A DNA stretch of 64,000 bases, from the NCBI GenBank assembly GCA_963733675.1, contig CAVTET010000003.1, positions 544,001 to 608,000 of the forward strand, given 5' to 3'. Position 1 is the stretch's first letter. Every line of letters starts with the position of its first letter. The notes beneath the pieces are model-generated. The model was not told where the DNA came from. It was given only the letters and a program-made list of their open reading frames with translations, and ran no database searches. A program made the position numbers and the translations under genes. Shown in pieces: positions 1 to 11,645 of this stretch. The DNA is from an uncultured Methanosarcinaceae archaeon. Lineage in GTDB: Archaea > Halobacteriota > Methanosarcinia > Methanosarcinales > Methanosarcinaceae.

Positions 1-625
1 TTATTTTCAAAAAGATATGATATTGTAATTCAAGTCTCTTTTTATGTACTGCTGATGTACATGCTTAGAGACATTTATTCTTGTCACCGTAGTTATTTTA
101 ACTTGTACGAAAAAGAGTTTCTAAACGAAAAATAATTCCACATAAGATTTTTCACAACCAAATCGCTACAGCCAAACATTTCATGGAAGCCATCCTGTTT
201 TCTTTAATGGTCTCTATTATAATCAAGCTCCCTATTAAGTCTCTTCCATGGTCATCAAGCCCGCCACACCATCTACTAACCTTTTGGTCTAAACATCCTT
301 CATTTTTCAAAACTCAATTAAGTTAGCGACTCTAAGATTTATTTTTGGTGGATAGCATACTTTCCATTGCCATCGGATGAGAAACTCACTTTGAGCCTAT
401 GAGTGGCCTATTCCTGACTATATTTACGATCATAATGTTTATGTATCTATCATTATTAACTCATAATATGTAGAATACTAAGTTAGGTGATTTATGAGAT
501 GATTAATTTCCTTATTTTGCTTACACTTTCCCATCGAAAAAGTTTTCATTTATGTTTTGATATTATTCTATCATTAAAATAACTTTCTTTGTTTATCAAT
601 GAAGATCCCAAAAATATAATTGTTT

Positions 626-2140
626 TTATTCTTCCACCCTAAGGTTTTTGTTTCTTATACAGCATCCGATCCCACACAGAAAAGCTATGACATCATTTTC
701 GACAGAATCCGCATCACAATCCCCAAAAATAGTTATCCTGTAAGATATAGCTAGCCTTTCGATCCATCTATTCCCTATGTAGTTTTCTACCAAATTAGAT
801 CCCCTGTAGATATCACTAATTTCGCAAGCTGCAAGATTTCTGTTTGTACTTATAGCTTCAAGGATTATTTTAGGATCAGCACCATTGGGAATAAGAACTG
901 AGATATCCCTGGTCGAATGCTTCAGATTTTCTTTTCTCCATTGTTTTAGCTCGGATTCTGAAAGGAGTCGAAGATTTTCAAGCTTAAGTTTTATGAATTG
1001 ATTTTTTATTTGAGGAGCAGTGCCTTTTGATATTAGTTTTTTGAGAACTACCTCATTCTGGCAAAACTTTTCAAGAATACCTACATGAGTTTTTCCGGAA
1101 TAAAAGTGTGAAAAGCCACAGACTTCCCCAATGGAGTTTACTATAGTCTCATATTCAGCTATTTTGGAATTTATCAACTTATCCGACTTGCTCAGGGCTT
1201 GAGCAGTATCTCCGTACTTTCGAGCAGCAGCCTTCATTTTTCTTGCAAATCCCTCTTCATCATGAGCTCTTACCAAGCCAGATATCTCTTCACACTCTTT
1301 GATGAAGGTCTTATGGACTTCCAAAACTCCGGGATTTTCCATCTGGATGAGAGCATACAGGTAGGGATTCTGACCAAGAATTCGGCCTACGAAATCCAGC
1401 ATTATATCATAAACTGGGCTTACGAATTTCCTGGATTTTTTCACATCAAAGTCCAACCTGTCAATTGTCGTCCCTATACTGATATAGGCAAAATGAGTGA
1501 GCCCCTGAACGACCGAGACAAGCATGTCATGTTCAGCAGCAGTGGCGATTTCGACATTTGCTCCGCTTTCTTCAAAAAGTTTTCTTATTACTGGGAACCA
1601 TTTTTCCGAGCGTCCTTTAACGGGAACAAGGATCACAGTCTGCCCTCTGATAGTCTGAATAGTTGGACCGAACATTGGGTGAGTTCCTAGAATTTCCACA
1701 TCCTTAGGGACAAATTTCCTCATGGCTTCGACTGGCTTTACTTTAACAGAAGTAAAATCCATAAGGAGGCTTCCAGCCTTCATTTTTGGAGCAATTTCTG
1801 CAATAGTATCTTCAGTTACGTTGATAGGCACCGAGACTATTAAGATATCACTTTCAGAAATCGTTGATTCAAGATCCAAGGCAAAAGGAACTTCCAATTT
1901 TCTGGCAATTTCAATTTTGCAACCTTTTCCCCAAACTGTAACTTCATAACCTTTTTCTTTGAAAAAATGGGTAAACCACTGCCCCATCTCTCCGGTTCCA
2001 CCAAGAATCAACACTTTAATTTTTCCGGAATTCTCTTTATGTTGAGGAACTTTATATGCATGATTTTTTGTATGATTTCTCTGAAAATGGCACTTAGATT
2101 CTTCTATCTTCATCCATTTTGTCTCCATGTCCGTATTCAT
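626..2140 (-). CDS. tyrA: Prephenate dehydrogenase with C-terminal extension
   Basis: Rossmann motif ILGGTGEMG, GTHPMFGP and HD..VSVVQGLTH; last gene of the aro operon with an ATGA overlap to aroE; true start may be further downstream. Confidence 0.9.
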   Translation of the reverse strand: MNTDMETKWMKIEESKCHFQRNHTKNHAYKVPQHKENSGKIKVLILGGTGEMGQWFTHFFKEKGYEVTVWGKGCKIEIARKLEVPFALDLESTISESDILIVSVPINVTEDTIAEIAPKMKAGSLLMDFTSVKVKPVEAMRKFVPKDVEILGTHPMFGPTIQTIRGQTVILVPVKGRSEKWFPVIRKLFEESGANVEIATAAEHDMLVSVVQGLTHFAYISIGTTIDRLDFDVKKSRKFVSPVYDIMLDFVGRILGQNPYLYALIQMENPGVLEVHKTFIKECEEISGLVRAHDEEGFARKMKAAARKYGDTAQALSKSDKLINSKIAEYETIVNSIGEVCGFSHFYSGKTHVGILEKFCQNEVVLKKLISKGTAPQIKNQFIKLKLENLRLLSESELKQWRKENLKHSTRDISVLIPNGADPKIILEAISTNRNLAACEISDIYRGSNLVENYIGNRWIERLAISYRITIFGDCDADSVENDVIAFLCGIGCCIRNKNLRVEE

Positions 2141-2979
2141 GCTTTTAAAGCTTCCAAAACGGCTTTCTTCATGATTTCCACTGGAGGCTCAATTCCTGTC
2201 CAGAGCCTGAAAGCCTCAGCCCCCTGGTAAACAAGTACTAAGATCCCACTTACAGTTTTTGCACCTACAGATTTTGCTTCTTTCAAAAGCTTGGTTTCCA
2301 GGGGGTTATAAACAATGTCAAAAACAGTAAGTTCAGGGTGAAGTTCTTCTGCTGTTGCAATAGAATCTTCTGTGTTAGGGTGCATTCCTAGAGTTGTGGT
2401 GTTAATCAGAACATCTGCCTCCTTCAGAAGATCTTTTAATCCTAAGAGCCCAGCTACTTTTATCTTCCCTTGGGGGGATGTACCTAAGATATCCCTTGCA
2501 AGTTCGATTGCTTTTTCTTCGGTCCGGTTTATTACTGTGATATCTGCTCCATCGGCTGCAAGCTGAAATACAATAGCTCTTGATGCTCCTCCTGCTCCTG
2601 CAATCACTATTTTAGACCCCTTTATTTCTACTGCAGCATCTAAAAGCGCCTGTTTTGCTCCCAAACCATCGGTATTGTATCCAATTATTTCTCCGGCTTT
2701 CCCGAAAACAACAGTATTTATTGCTCCTATACTCTCTGCCAGTGGTTCAGGTTTAATGCAATCTAGTTTCAAAGCTCGTTCTTTTAAGGGCACGGTAAGG
2801 TTGAGCCCTCCAAATCCCATAGCATATGCTCCAAGGATTGCTTTTTCCAGCTGTTCTGATTTGACATTAAATGCATGGTAGAGACAGTCCATCCCAAGAG
2901 CTGAAAAAACTGCATTATGCATTGCTGGTGAAACTGAATGGCTTATAGGGTCCCCAAATACGCCAAAAATTCGTTTCAT
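2137..2979 (-). CDS. aroE: Shikimate dehydrogenase
   Basis: GDPISHSVSP, NLTVPLKE, GAINT, GYNTDG, GAGGASRA and DIVYNP motifs. Confidence 0.95.
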   Translation of the reverse strand: MKRIFGVFGDPISHSVSPAMHNAVFSALGMDCLYHAFNVKSEQLEKAILGAYAMGFGGLNLTVPLKERALKLDCIKPEPLAESIGAINTVVFGKAGEIIGYNTDGLGAKQALLDAAVEIKGSKIVIAGAGGASRAIVFQLAADGADITVINRTEEKAIELARDILGTSPQGKIKVAGLLGLKDLLKEADVLINTTTLGMHPNTEDSIATAEELHPELTVFDIVYNPLETKLLKEAKSVGAKTVSGILVLVYQGAEAFRLWTGIEPPVEIMKKAVLEALKA

Positions 2980-3704
2980 TCGAGCAGCTCCATTATTTTC
3001 TTTAATTTGTCTACAGGAAGTTGTCCAGGGGGGGTTAATATTGTATTTTCAACAGACGCATAGGTCAGGACTGAACCGTAAAAAGGAGCAATTACCCTTG
3101 TATGTTTTCCGAGATCGCCCATCGCAATAGTACATATTGCCCTTCCTGCTCCACCAAAATCTAGTGTAACTCTTAACAGATCCATTATATTTTTCATCGA
3201 TTGTGGCATAACAGCAAGTTTAGCAATATCTGCTCCTGCTATAAATGCATCTTCAAGTGTTGCTTTCATTTCCGTAAAAGAAGGAGTTTTTGAAAAATCA
3301 TGAGAAGAAATGATTACAGTTTTTCCATTATTTTTTGCCGATTCTACCGCTTTATCTCTCTCGTCTTCATCTATAGAGAGTTCAATGTCAACTGCATCAG
3401 GTCCGTCTCTAAGGGTTAGAAGGTCTTTAATAAGCCCAATTCTTTCTGCCTCTTTCCCATCCCATTTTCCTCCTTCTATATATGAACGGTTTGTGATAAT
3501 TACGGGAAGGCCTGTTTCGGATTTTATTTTCCTGATGGTTTCTGCTGCTGTATCTCGATCCCTGATTCCTAGCAAATCCAGCCTTATTTCCAGGATATCA
3601 GCTCCAATTTCGGTTGCTTTTTTTGAAGTTTCAAGCGGTTTTTCAAGAATAACTGCAATAATTGCAGCTTTTTTCTTAAGATCGAGGGGACCAATATGAG
3701 TCAT
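2976..3704 (-). CDS. aroD: Type I 3-dehydroquinate dehydratase
   Basis: ADILEIRLD, TNRS..EGG, ISSHDF..TP, ADIAKLA, IAMG and PGQ motifs. Confidence 0.93.
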   Translation of the reverse strand: MTHIGPLDLKKKAAIIAVILEKPLETSKKATEIGADILEIRLDLLGIRDRDTAAETIRKIKSETGLPVIITNRSYIEGGKWDGKEAERIGLIKDLLTLRDGPDAVDIELSIDEDERDKAVESAKNNGKTVIISSHDFSKTPSFTEMKATLEDAFIAGADIAKLAVMPQSMKNIMDLLRVTLDFGGAGRAICTIAMGDLGKHTRVIAPFYGSVLTYASVENTILTPPGQLPVDKLKKIMELLE

Positions 3705-3756
3705 TACTATCTCCAGATTTCAGTTTGCAATGACAGATTACTTTTCTTCTGGGAGG

Positions 3757-4908
3757 TTACTTCTCTACAATCGTTTCTTCAATACTTTTGCCGAAATGTC
3801 TAGCTCCCTCTTCCATGCGAACCAGAACTTCATCTCCTTTCTTGAGTTTGGCAACTGAGATCGGGTTTCCATCTTTTCCTACTAGTTTAATGGTCTCTGC
3901 ATTTTGCAAGATTACGGTAATAGTTCTGTCTCTGGCTTTTGCTTCAATAAGCATAAGAGGACGACTTTCTATCTTGACTCTGCCCACAATGCCTTCTCGT
4001 TGTTTTCCTTCTGAATCCACAATAGTTACTGTATCTCCTGTCTGGAGCTCCGAAAGATAGTGGGTTTTTTTGCCTATTTTGATGTAGGAATGGACTGCTC
4101 CTGCATTTACTCTAAAAGGGCGAGCTGCAACGTAAGGACTCTCATCAGATTCTGAGTTTACTAGGAACATTCCTTTTGCTTGAGAACCTATGAGCATGCC
4201 TTCTCCTCGTTGCATGAGGTTACATGTATCTACACAGACTCTGTCTCCCATCCCGAGAGTTTCAACTCTGCTCACGATTGCAGACTCAAGTTCGATGCTT
4301 TCATTTCCCAGATCTCTTGCAGCCTTGATTGTATCTTTTATCTCCTGAGGGTTCCCACTGTCAAGAAGAACGCCATCTACACCAGTTTCTAAAATCTGAA
4401 AGGCTATTTTTGCTTCTTCTGCACTCTTTATTCCGTAGATAATCTTTACTTTATGATTCTGGAGATCTGCAATCAGGTTTTCAAGAGGGATAATTTTCCA
4501 ATCCGTACCTGTTACAAGTAGGTAATCGCAGATTTTTCCCATTTCAGCTGCAAAATGCTCATAAAGTTTGTCCCTTATGACCACATATCCACCCACTAAG
4601 CTTCCTTTGTCCGTGAGAAGAGTTGCTGTATTTATATCGATAGAACCCGAAATATCAGGGGGTAGGGGTTTTGTCCCATCTCCTTCTCCCCTTTTTCCAA
4701 TAACCACAATTTCAGCCCCAAATTTATTGTCATGGGCAAAGGTTGCTATCGTAATGTTTCCCAGTTCTCGGACCCTTTCTACATCGCCTGTGTTTACAAG
4801 AACGCAGTCAGCTCCTGATTCAAGGCCTGTAGTGATCCTCTCCTTCTGTTCTTCCCATTCACCTTCATCGGCTTTTATCCAGACACTTTTCTTTTTCAAA
4901 GGCTTCAA
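3757..4908 (-). CDS. aroB': 3-dehydroquinate synthase II (archaeal AroB')
   Basis: GDRVCVDTC, RPFRVNAGAVHSY, LQNAETIKL and ARHFG motifs; TTG start with GGAG upstream. Confidence 0.93.
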   Translation of the reverse strand: MKPLKKKSVWIKADEGEWEEQKERITTGLESGADCVLVNTGDVERVRELGNITIATFAHDNKFGAEIVVIGKRGEGDGTKPLPPDISGSIDINTATLLTDKGSLVGGYVVIRDKLYEHFAAEMGKICDYLLVTGTDWKIIPLENLIADLQNHKVKIIYGIKSAEEAKIAFQILETGVDGVLLDSGNPQEIKDTIKAARDLGNESIELESAIVSRVETLGMGDRVCVDTCNLMQRGEGMLIGSQAKGMFLVNSESDESPYVAARPFRVNAGAVHSYIKIGKKTHYLSELQTGDTVTIVDSEGKQREGIVGRVKIESRPLMLIEAKARDRTITVILQNAETIKLVGKDGNPISVAKLKKGDEVLVRMEEGARHFGKSIEETIVEK

Positions 4909-5000
4909 CTCCGGTAATTTCTTGCTTTCACTTCGGCCTTCCCTTTTTCGTTTCAGTTTTTATTTTCGGATCAATTCTTTCGCTATTCAATCTCTTGTTA

Positions 5001-5801
5001 TCATTTCAGCTGCGTCAAAGCTTCTTCTACAGGTCTTCTATGATGGACGATTTCGCAGATAGCTCGGGTAAGTCTGACAGGGTCTTTGTGCTGGAAAACA
5101 TTTCTTCCGATTGCAGCTCCTCTAGCTCCGGCTTCCATTGCTCCATCGATCATTTCCAGAAGCTCTAGGTCTGTTGAGGTTTTAGGTCCTCCTGCAATAA
5201 TTACCGGTACAGGACAGCCCCTGATTACATCTCTGAAACTATCAGGATCTCCAGTGTATACTGTTTTTACAAAGTCAGCTCCGATCTCAGCTCCGATCCT
5301 TGCAGCATGTGCCACATTTACAGGATCATGCGGATCGGTGATTTTTTTGCCTCTGGGGTACATCATAGCAAGGAGAGGCATGCCCCATTCAGTACAGTCT
5401 CTAGAGATTTTTCCGAACTGCTCAAGCTGGTCTGCTTCTGTTTCGGATCCGACGTTGATATGCATAGAAACAGCATCTGCTCCAATTTTAATTACTTCCT
5501 CCACTGTGCATACCTGAACCTTGGCATTTGGGTCAGGACTCAAGATGGAAGAAGCGCTGATGTGCACGATGAGCCCTATATCATGGCCATATCCTCTATG
5601 GCCATATTTTACCATTCCTTTCTGCATAAGGACAGCGTTTGCGCCTCCTTCGGCTACCTTATTAACTGTATCAGTTACATTGATCAGTCCTTCAATAGGT
5701 CCATCTGAGATTCCATGGTCCATGGGAATAATGACAATGTTTCTACTCTCCCGGTTCATCAGTCTTTCGATCCGTATTTTCTTACCAATTTCTGACATCA
5801 T
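5001..5801 (-). CDS. aroA': 2-amino-3,7-dideoxy-D-threo-hept-6-ulosonate synthase (class I aldolase family)
   Basis: PMDHG, MMYPRG, GADFVKT, AGGPK and GRNVFQ motifs; first gene of the aro operon. Confidence 0.9.
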   Translation of the reverse strand: MMSEIGKKIRIERLMNRESRNIVIIPMDHGISDGPIEGLINVTDTVNKVAEGGANAVLMQKGMVKYGHRGYGHDIGLIVHISASSILSPDPNAKVQVCTVEEVIKIGADAVSMHINVGSETEADQLEQFGKISRDCTEWGMPLLAMMYPRGKKITDPHDPVNVAHAARIGAEIGADFVKTVYTGDPDSFRDVIRGCPVPVIIAGGPKTSTDLELLEMIDGAMEAGARGAAIGRNVFQHKDPVRLTRAICEIVHHRRPVEEALTQLK

Positions 5802-6355
5802 GATTCACCTAAGTTTTGGATTTGCTTATTTAGTCCTTAAATTTTTTTATCTATTTATTTTATCTATTTATCTATTATTTATCATCAACTTTGGTAATAA
5901 ACTAGCATGTTATATGCTAGCGTGTAGCATACACTGATATCTCATATATTTAAAGGTATGCTGTTAAATTATAAAGTCAGTTACGCTTTCAAATCAAAAA
6001 GAATATTCTTGACATTATATGTGTTGATTTATAGCGATGATCACAATAGATGATTGATATTTTATAGAGAATTTTGAATAACTTCTAAATTTGGATGGGT
6101 TTTCACATGAATATATAATATTTCTTGAACATAGAGGTTTCTCGGAATTCGTTCCACTTATCTACAAAGAGTCTAAGAGTAAAAATATGCATTAATTGTA
6201 ATAAATTCTAGATTCAAAGCTTTTTGCCTACTAAAAGGGTTACAGATTTTGAACTTAGAAAACATACGAGAATTAAAATAGGATTAGATTGGCTAATGGA
6301 GTAAATTTAGAGCTTCAGAATGATAGCATCGACTAAAAAAGAAAAGGAAAAAATT

Positions 6356-6925
6356 ATGAGAAAAATAAAAATCCTTGTTGTTAATAACTATGGACAATTC
6401 TGCCACCTTATTTACCGGGCTGCCCGGGATCTTGATATGGATACAAAGATCATTTCAAATACAATGTCTATTGAGGATATCCTTGCAGAAGAGCCAGATG
6501 GACTGATCCTGAGTGGAGGACCGAAAATTGATCGAGCAGGTTTATGCTGTGATTATGTCCAGAAAATTGACCTTCCTATCCTTGGAATCTGCCTTGGCCA
6601 CCAGATAATTGCTCTAGCTCATGGGGGGCATGTCCATGCTGGGAAAAAGGGTGGGTATGCAGAGGTTGATGTAGAAGTGATCGAAGAAGATGATATCCTT
6701 CGGGAACTTGGCCCAAAAATCACTGTATGGGCTTCGCATGCTGATGAGGTCGCCATTATTCCTGAAGGTTTTATCCACCTTGCCCGCTCAGATATCTGCG
6801 AGATCGAAGCCATGCGTCATTCTATAAAACCGATTTATGGTATCCAGTGGCATCCTGAAGTTTCCCATACAAATCAAGGAGAAAAAATGTTCATGAATTT
6901 TTTTGAAGTATGTGATCAGTACTGA
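6356..6925 (+). CDS. guaAA: GMP synthase subunit A (glutamine amidotransferase)
   Basis: [21 protein letters not shown] and QWHPEV; the second ATG (MRKIKILVV) fits the family N-terminus. Confidence 0.9.
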   Translation: MRKIKILVVNNYGQFCHLIYRAARDLDMDTKIISNTMSIEDILAEEPDGLILSGGPKIDRAGLCCDYVQKIDLPILGICLGHQIIALAHGGHVHAGKKGGYAEVDVEVIEEDDILRELGPKITVWASHADEVAIIPEGFIHLARSDICEIEAMRHSIKPIYGIQWHPEVSHTNQGEKMFMNFFEVCDQY

Positions 6926-7044
6926 GATCTCATGGGTCCGGTATGACCTTATTGATCTAATAACTGTTGGATGTACAAGTGAATTTAAGTCTGTAGATGG
7001 GCAGCTAGTCTATATAACACTGCAGACAAAAAAGTCAGAGATGA

Positions 7045-8367
7045 TTACATCCCCAGTTTTTTTTTCATCATCTTCTGAATATTGAATTTCCCGCCTTTGA
7101 AACCTTTTAGAGCCATCTGCATGGTCTTGTGATATTTCAGTAACTCTCTGACATCTTCAGGACTGCATCCTGAACCCCTTGAAATTCTTTTTATCCGTGA
7201 TCCCCCTATGATCTTTGGATCCTTCATTTCATCTTCTGTCATTGAATCCATGATTATCTTATAATTCCTCATTTTATCACTTGTAGCCTGAAACATTTCG
7301 TCTGAAAGCTTCATGCCTCCCAGTCCAATGGGCAACATGGACATAATTTGCTTGAGAGGTCCAATTTTGTTCATTGCTTCAAGTTGTTTGTACATATCCT
7401 TTAGAGTGAAGCGTCCCTGCATCATGCCTTCAACATTCATATCTTCTTCACTCAATGTTTCCTCAGCTTTTTCCATCAGGCTTTTGAGGTCGCCCATGCC
7501 AAGAAGTCTTGAAATGAATCTATCAGATTCAAATTTTTCTAAATCTTCAGCTGTTTCTCCAACACCAATAAAGGCGATAGGAGATTTTGTTTCGGAAACA
7601 GCTGAAAGAGCTCCACCTCCTTTTGCTGTACCATCAAGTTTTGTTATTATTACACCTGTAATTCCTATTGAATCATTAAAGGCATGGGCTTGTTGGCTTG
7701 CAAGCTGTCCTATACCTGCATCCAGAACCATGAATTTTTGATTTGGCTTTGCAACAGCATTGATCCTTTCCATTTCCTCTATCAGTTCGGCTTCAAGAGC
7801 ATGCCTACCTGCAGTGTCTACGATTTTTATGTCGTATTTTTCAATTGCCTTAAGCCCGTTTTTCGTAATCGTCACTGCATCTGGATTTCCTTCTTCTCCG
7901 TAGAAAGCAACATTGAGATTTTCACAGAGAGTTTTAAGTTGGTGGTAAGCTCCGGGACGAAAGGTATCTGCGGCAATAACTCCTGCTTTGAGTCCTTTTC
8001 GCTGGAAGTAGCGTGCAAGCTTTGCAGTACTTGTGGTTTTCCCACTTCCCTGCAACCCTACCATCATTATTGTCTGGGGTTTGAGTTGGATATCAGCTCC
8101 CTTCCCGATTATTTCCATCAGTTCTTGGTAAACAATGCGGACTACGTGCTCTCTAGGGTTTATTCCTGCAGAAGGATCTTCCTTCATAGCACGCTCCTTG
8201 ATTTTCTTGGACATGTCCATAACAAGTTTTACGTTTACATCGGCCTGAAGCAGAGCCCTCTGGATATCCTTTATTACTTCGTTGACCGTACGCTCATCAA
8301 TTCTCCCCGCACCAATTAGTTTCTTTAGAGCCCCTTGTAAGGAGTCTCCGAGTTTTTCCAGTACCAT
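7045..8367 (-). CDS. srp54: Signal recognition particle protein Srp54
   Basis: [33 protein letters not shown] and a Met-rich M domain. Confidence 0.97.
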   Translation of the reverse strand: MVLEKLGDSLQGALKKLIGAGRIDERTVNEVIKDIQRALLQADVNVKLVMDMSKKIKERAMKEDPSAGINPREHVVRIVYQELMEIIGKGADIQLKPQTIMMVGLQGSGKTTSTAKLARYFQRKGLKAGVIAADTFRPGAYHQLKTLCENLNVAFYGEEGNPDAVTITKNGLKAIEKYDIKIVDTAGRHALEAELIEEMERINAVAKPNQKFMVLDAGIGQLASQQAHAFNDSIGITGVIITKLDGTAKGGGALSAVSETKSPIAFIGVGETAEDLEKFESDRFISRLLGMGDLKSLMEKAEETLSEEDMNVEGMMQGRFTLKDMYKQLEAMNKIGPLKQIMSMLPIGLGGMKLSDEMFQATSDKMRNYKIIMDSMTEDEMKDPKIIGGSRIKRISRGSGCSPEDVRELLKYHKTMQMALKGFKGGKFNIQKMMKKKLGM

Positions 8368-8589
8368 CTGAAAATCGTCCTATTAAGTTTTTAAGAATGA
8401 ATAAAAATATAACTCACACTTTGTTGACATTATGTAAGAGAGTATCATTTCTTTGATAAGCCTTAATTTTCGGAAACTTAAAAAAATATAGGTGAATGAA
8501 TCCTAAATATAAATCAGTAATTGGCTATAAAAAAGTTACTAGATATAAAATTTTGGATTCACAAAAACAGATTAAAAGAGAAAAGATCC

Positions 8590-8657
8590 TTTATTCCAGT
8601 CGAATACCCCGAAGTTTCCATCCCTATGCAAGCTTTGGGGTATTCGACTGGAATAAA
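8590..8657. repeat. REP/MITE-like palindrome
   Basis: 21-bp perfect inverted arms TTTATTCCAGTCGAATACCCC / GGGGTATTCGACTGGAATAAA; related copies at 39114 and 48563. Confidence 0.85.
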
Positions 8658-8679
8658 TTGTGAAGTTTTTAAGGTGATG

Positions 8680-8825
8680 ATCTTAAAACCAAGGATAAAG
8701 ACATTGGTATTGACTTCAATGATATCCGATGTTGTGGAACCATAGATGCCTAGTGCATAAATAATGGAATTAAAACCGAAGAGTGGAACTTCTTGAGATA
8801 ACCTTTCTGCACTTTATGCATAAAC
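8680..8825 (+). pseudogene. ISH3-type (IS4-like) transposase fragment
   Basis: Broken frames read IDFNDI..., GIKPKSGTS*...FCTL, resembling the first catalytic Asp region. Confidence 0.45.
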
Positions 8826-10319
8826 ATAGTTTAACAGTAAAAATTCGATATGGAAACTTTGATCAAAAAGTATAATTTATATATCTCAAAAGATAAATAA
8901 ACAAATATTTAATAGAGTTTAAGAATGGGTCAAAATTTCGTTGACCATAATATAACTTCTTCATTTCCTTAAATATGAAAATATACTTTCAAGATAAAAA
9001 TCAAACTATCAGATTAGGGTTTAAAAAGAATAAACTAAGGGAAAAAATTACTACAGTATAGTGTACTGGCCAACTCAAAAACACATTACAAAGAATTTAT
9101 GGCAAAAAAGAACAATTGGGTATGATATTGGTATTCATACAACCATATTTATCTGTTCTGAATTAAATTTAATTTATCTGAATAAATATAAATGAAAGTA
9201 GATTTCAAAAAACGAGTTGAACAAGTTAAGGGACGTATAGAGTTGATCTGAGTGAATATACAGAATTAGCTAAATCAAAATTAATTTGCAAATAGTTGGA
9301 TGAAAATATTTGCTGAAAAAATAAGAAATGTGATTAACTTTTGAGTTAACCATATCGGATTTCGATGAATCCTTAAATTTAGTCATATATTTTAAATATC
9401 ACATAAATGATTCGTGAAAGTCAGATTTTTATAGAAAATCCTTCCTAGAATCAAGAATAAAATCCGAAAAAATTTTTATTCACAGGTATTATGTTTCTAT
9501 GTTTCGGCTAACTCCTACAAAAATCGAACTTATTCCCAAAACTGCAGAGCTTTGCTTTCACAGGACGAAGAGACAAATCTTGTCGTAATATCAGATCAGA
9601 TGTATATTAAGACAAAAAAGGTTTTAAAATAGTCTTCTGAATGCTTGCTTCTACTTGGGGAGATAAATGGTACGAATATGGACACTATAACATGAGCGAA
9701 TTTACTGCAGATCTGAAAGCCATACCCATAAAAGTTGCTCAAAGGTACAGATTAATCTGGTTTATTACTTTAAAACCTTAAATATACTGTTGAAGCCTGC
9801 AAAATAGATGTAAGCAATGAAGTAGCTCAAATGTTCACTTATGTCCTGGAGCCTATTATCTATATAAGGTATATGCACCTTTGACATGGCTAAAGAAAAG
9901 ATCGAATTGTCAGTGCCAAAGGGGCAACTAGTATGTAAGCTTGGTAATGTTACGTTGAAGCTAGAGCTGGAGACTGCGAAGATCTGCAAATCCTCATCTT
10001 ATGCATAATCGTCGATATAAAATACCTATCCGAAAAATATGGTTACTGACGCTGCTTGACCTAACTTCTATACCTTATGTGTATGGATACGACCAATGGC
10101 TAAGGCAAAAATTCAGGCTGCTGGGAAAAAAACCATTCAGGTGCTGAAACTTTACAAAAATTAGCTACTTGGTAATTTTCGACATCAACCCACTGAAATG
10201 TATTACTATGCATATGCTATGAATCAGTACCTACATTTGAATCTTATGGTGTCAGTTGTCTAATCGCAGTAAATATTCCGTACTTTTAATCTACATTCAT
10301 TGCTACCACAGAGGAGCGT

Positions 10320-11645
10320 TTGCAATTTATGGAAGTTCCAGAAATTGAAAAAAATATCGGAATCAGTCTATACTCCACAGATACCGAAGGCCTTGGAGGG
10401 AAGCTTCGTCAGGAAGTGGAGGATTTTGTTGTTAAAGAGATCACTAACAGAGAAGAAGGACAGGAGGGTAAGTATCTGATTATCGAGCTCATAAAACGAA
10501 ACTGGGATACACACCACCTAACCCGGACTCTCGCAAAAATACTGCAGATTAGCCAAAAGAGGATTAGCATTGCAGGCACAAAAGACAAACGCGCACTCAC
10601 CACGCAAAAAATCAGCATCTTTGATATTGATGCTTCCATAATTGAAAATATCCATTTGAAAGACGTGGAGCTAAATGTTCTGGGGCGCTCCCGAAAATCA
10701 ATAGAACTTGGAGATCTATGGGGGAATGACTTCATAATTACAATAAGGGACATACCAAGTTCTCCTGGGGAAGCAAAAAAGCTTATTGAAAAAACTACAA
10801 ATGAAATCCTGTTCCAGAGTGGAATCCCCAATTTCTTTGGAATACAGCGTTTTGGTTCTATCCGACCTGTTACCTACCTGGTAGGAAAAGCCATTGTGGA
10901 AGGAGATTTTGAAAAAGCTGCCATGCTCTATATTGCCGAGCCCTTTCCTGATGAACCAGCTGAGATAAAAAAAGCTCGTCAGCTAGTTAAAGAGACACGT
11001 GATTTTAGGGAAGGTCTTAAAACCTACCCCCTCCGCCTTGGTCATGAAAGAGCCATGATGAACCACCTGATCGCAAATCCGAATAATTTTGCAGGCGCTT
11101 TCCAAATTCTTCCAAAAAATCTTTACACGCTGTTTGTACACGGCTACCAATCATATATCTACAATACGATCCTCTGTCGCAGAATCGAAAAAAGCCTCCC
11201 TTTAAATCAGGCCATAGAAGGTGATATTGTCTGCTTCAAAAACAAGGCCGGCCTTCCGGATTCTTCAAAGACCGAACAAGTTACAGCCGAGACCGTAAAT
11301 GCAATGAATCGCCTGATAAGAAGGAAACGTGCCTTTATAACCGCTCCCTTGCCAGGCTATAAAACAGAATTTGCTTCAGGCATTCCAGGGGAAATCGAGC
11401 AAGAGGTGATTAAAGAACTCAAAGTTCATCTAAAAGGTTTCAATGTGGAAGAAGTTCCTGAAATGAGTTCAAAAGGTACCCGCAGGGAAATACTTTTGCA
11501 AGTGGAGCCCAAATTTGAGGTTACAGAAGACGAACTGAATCCAGTAAAATCAAAGGTAGTGCTTGAGTTCATGTTACCCAAGGGAAGTTATGCAACAACC
11601 TTACTCAGGGAGTATATGAAAGTAGATCCATTGTGTATGAGCTGA
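10320..11645 (+). CDS. truD: tRNA pseudouridine(13) synthase
   Basis: AGTKDKRALTTQ, GDLWGNDF, PNFFGIQRFG and LPKGSYAT motifs; start is TTG 10320 or ATG 10329. Confidence 0.96.
   Translation: MQFMEVPEIEKNIGISLYSTDTEGLGGKLRQEVEDFVVKEITNREEGQEGKYLIIELIKRNWDTHHLTRTLAKILQISQKRISIAGTKDKRALTTQKISIFDIDASIIENIHLKDVELNVLGRSRKSIELGDLWGNDFIITIRDIPSSPGEAKKLIEKTTNEILFQSGIPNFFGIQRFGSIRPVTYLVGKAIVEGDFEKAAMLYIAEPFPDEPAEIKKARQLVKETRDFREGLKTYPLRLGHERAMMNHLIANPNNFAGAFQILPKNLYTLFVHGYQSYIYNTILCRRIEKSLPLNQAIEGDIVCFKNKAGLPDSSKTEQVTAETVNAMNRLIRRKRAFITAPLPGYKTEFASGIPGEIEQEVIKELKVHLKGFNVEEVPEMSSKGTRREILLQVEPKFEVTEDELNPVKSKVVLEFMLPKGSYATTLLREYMKVDPLCMS

Noticed and set aside
1-500. Possible IS end or pseudogene debris at the window start
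   Set aside because: No recognisable motif could be assigned
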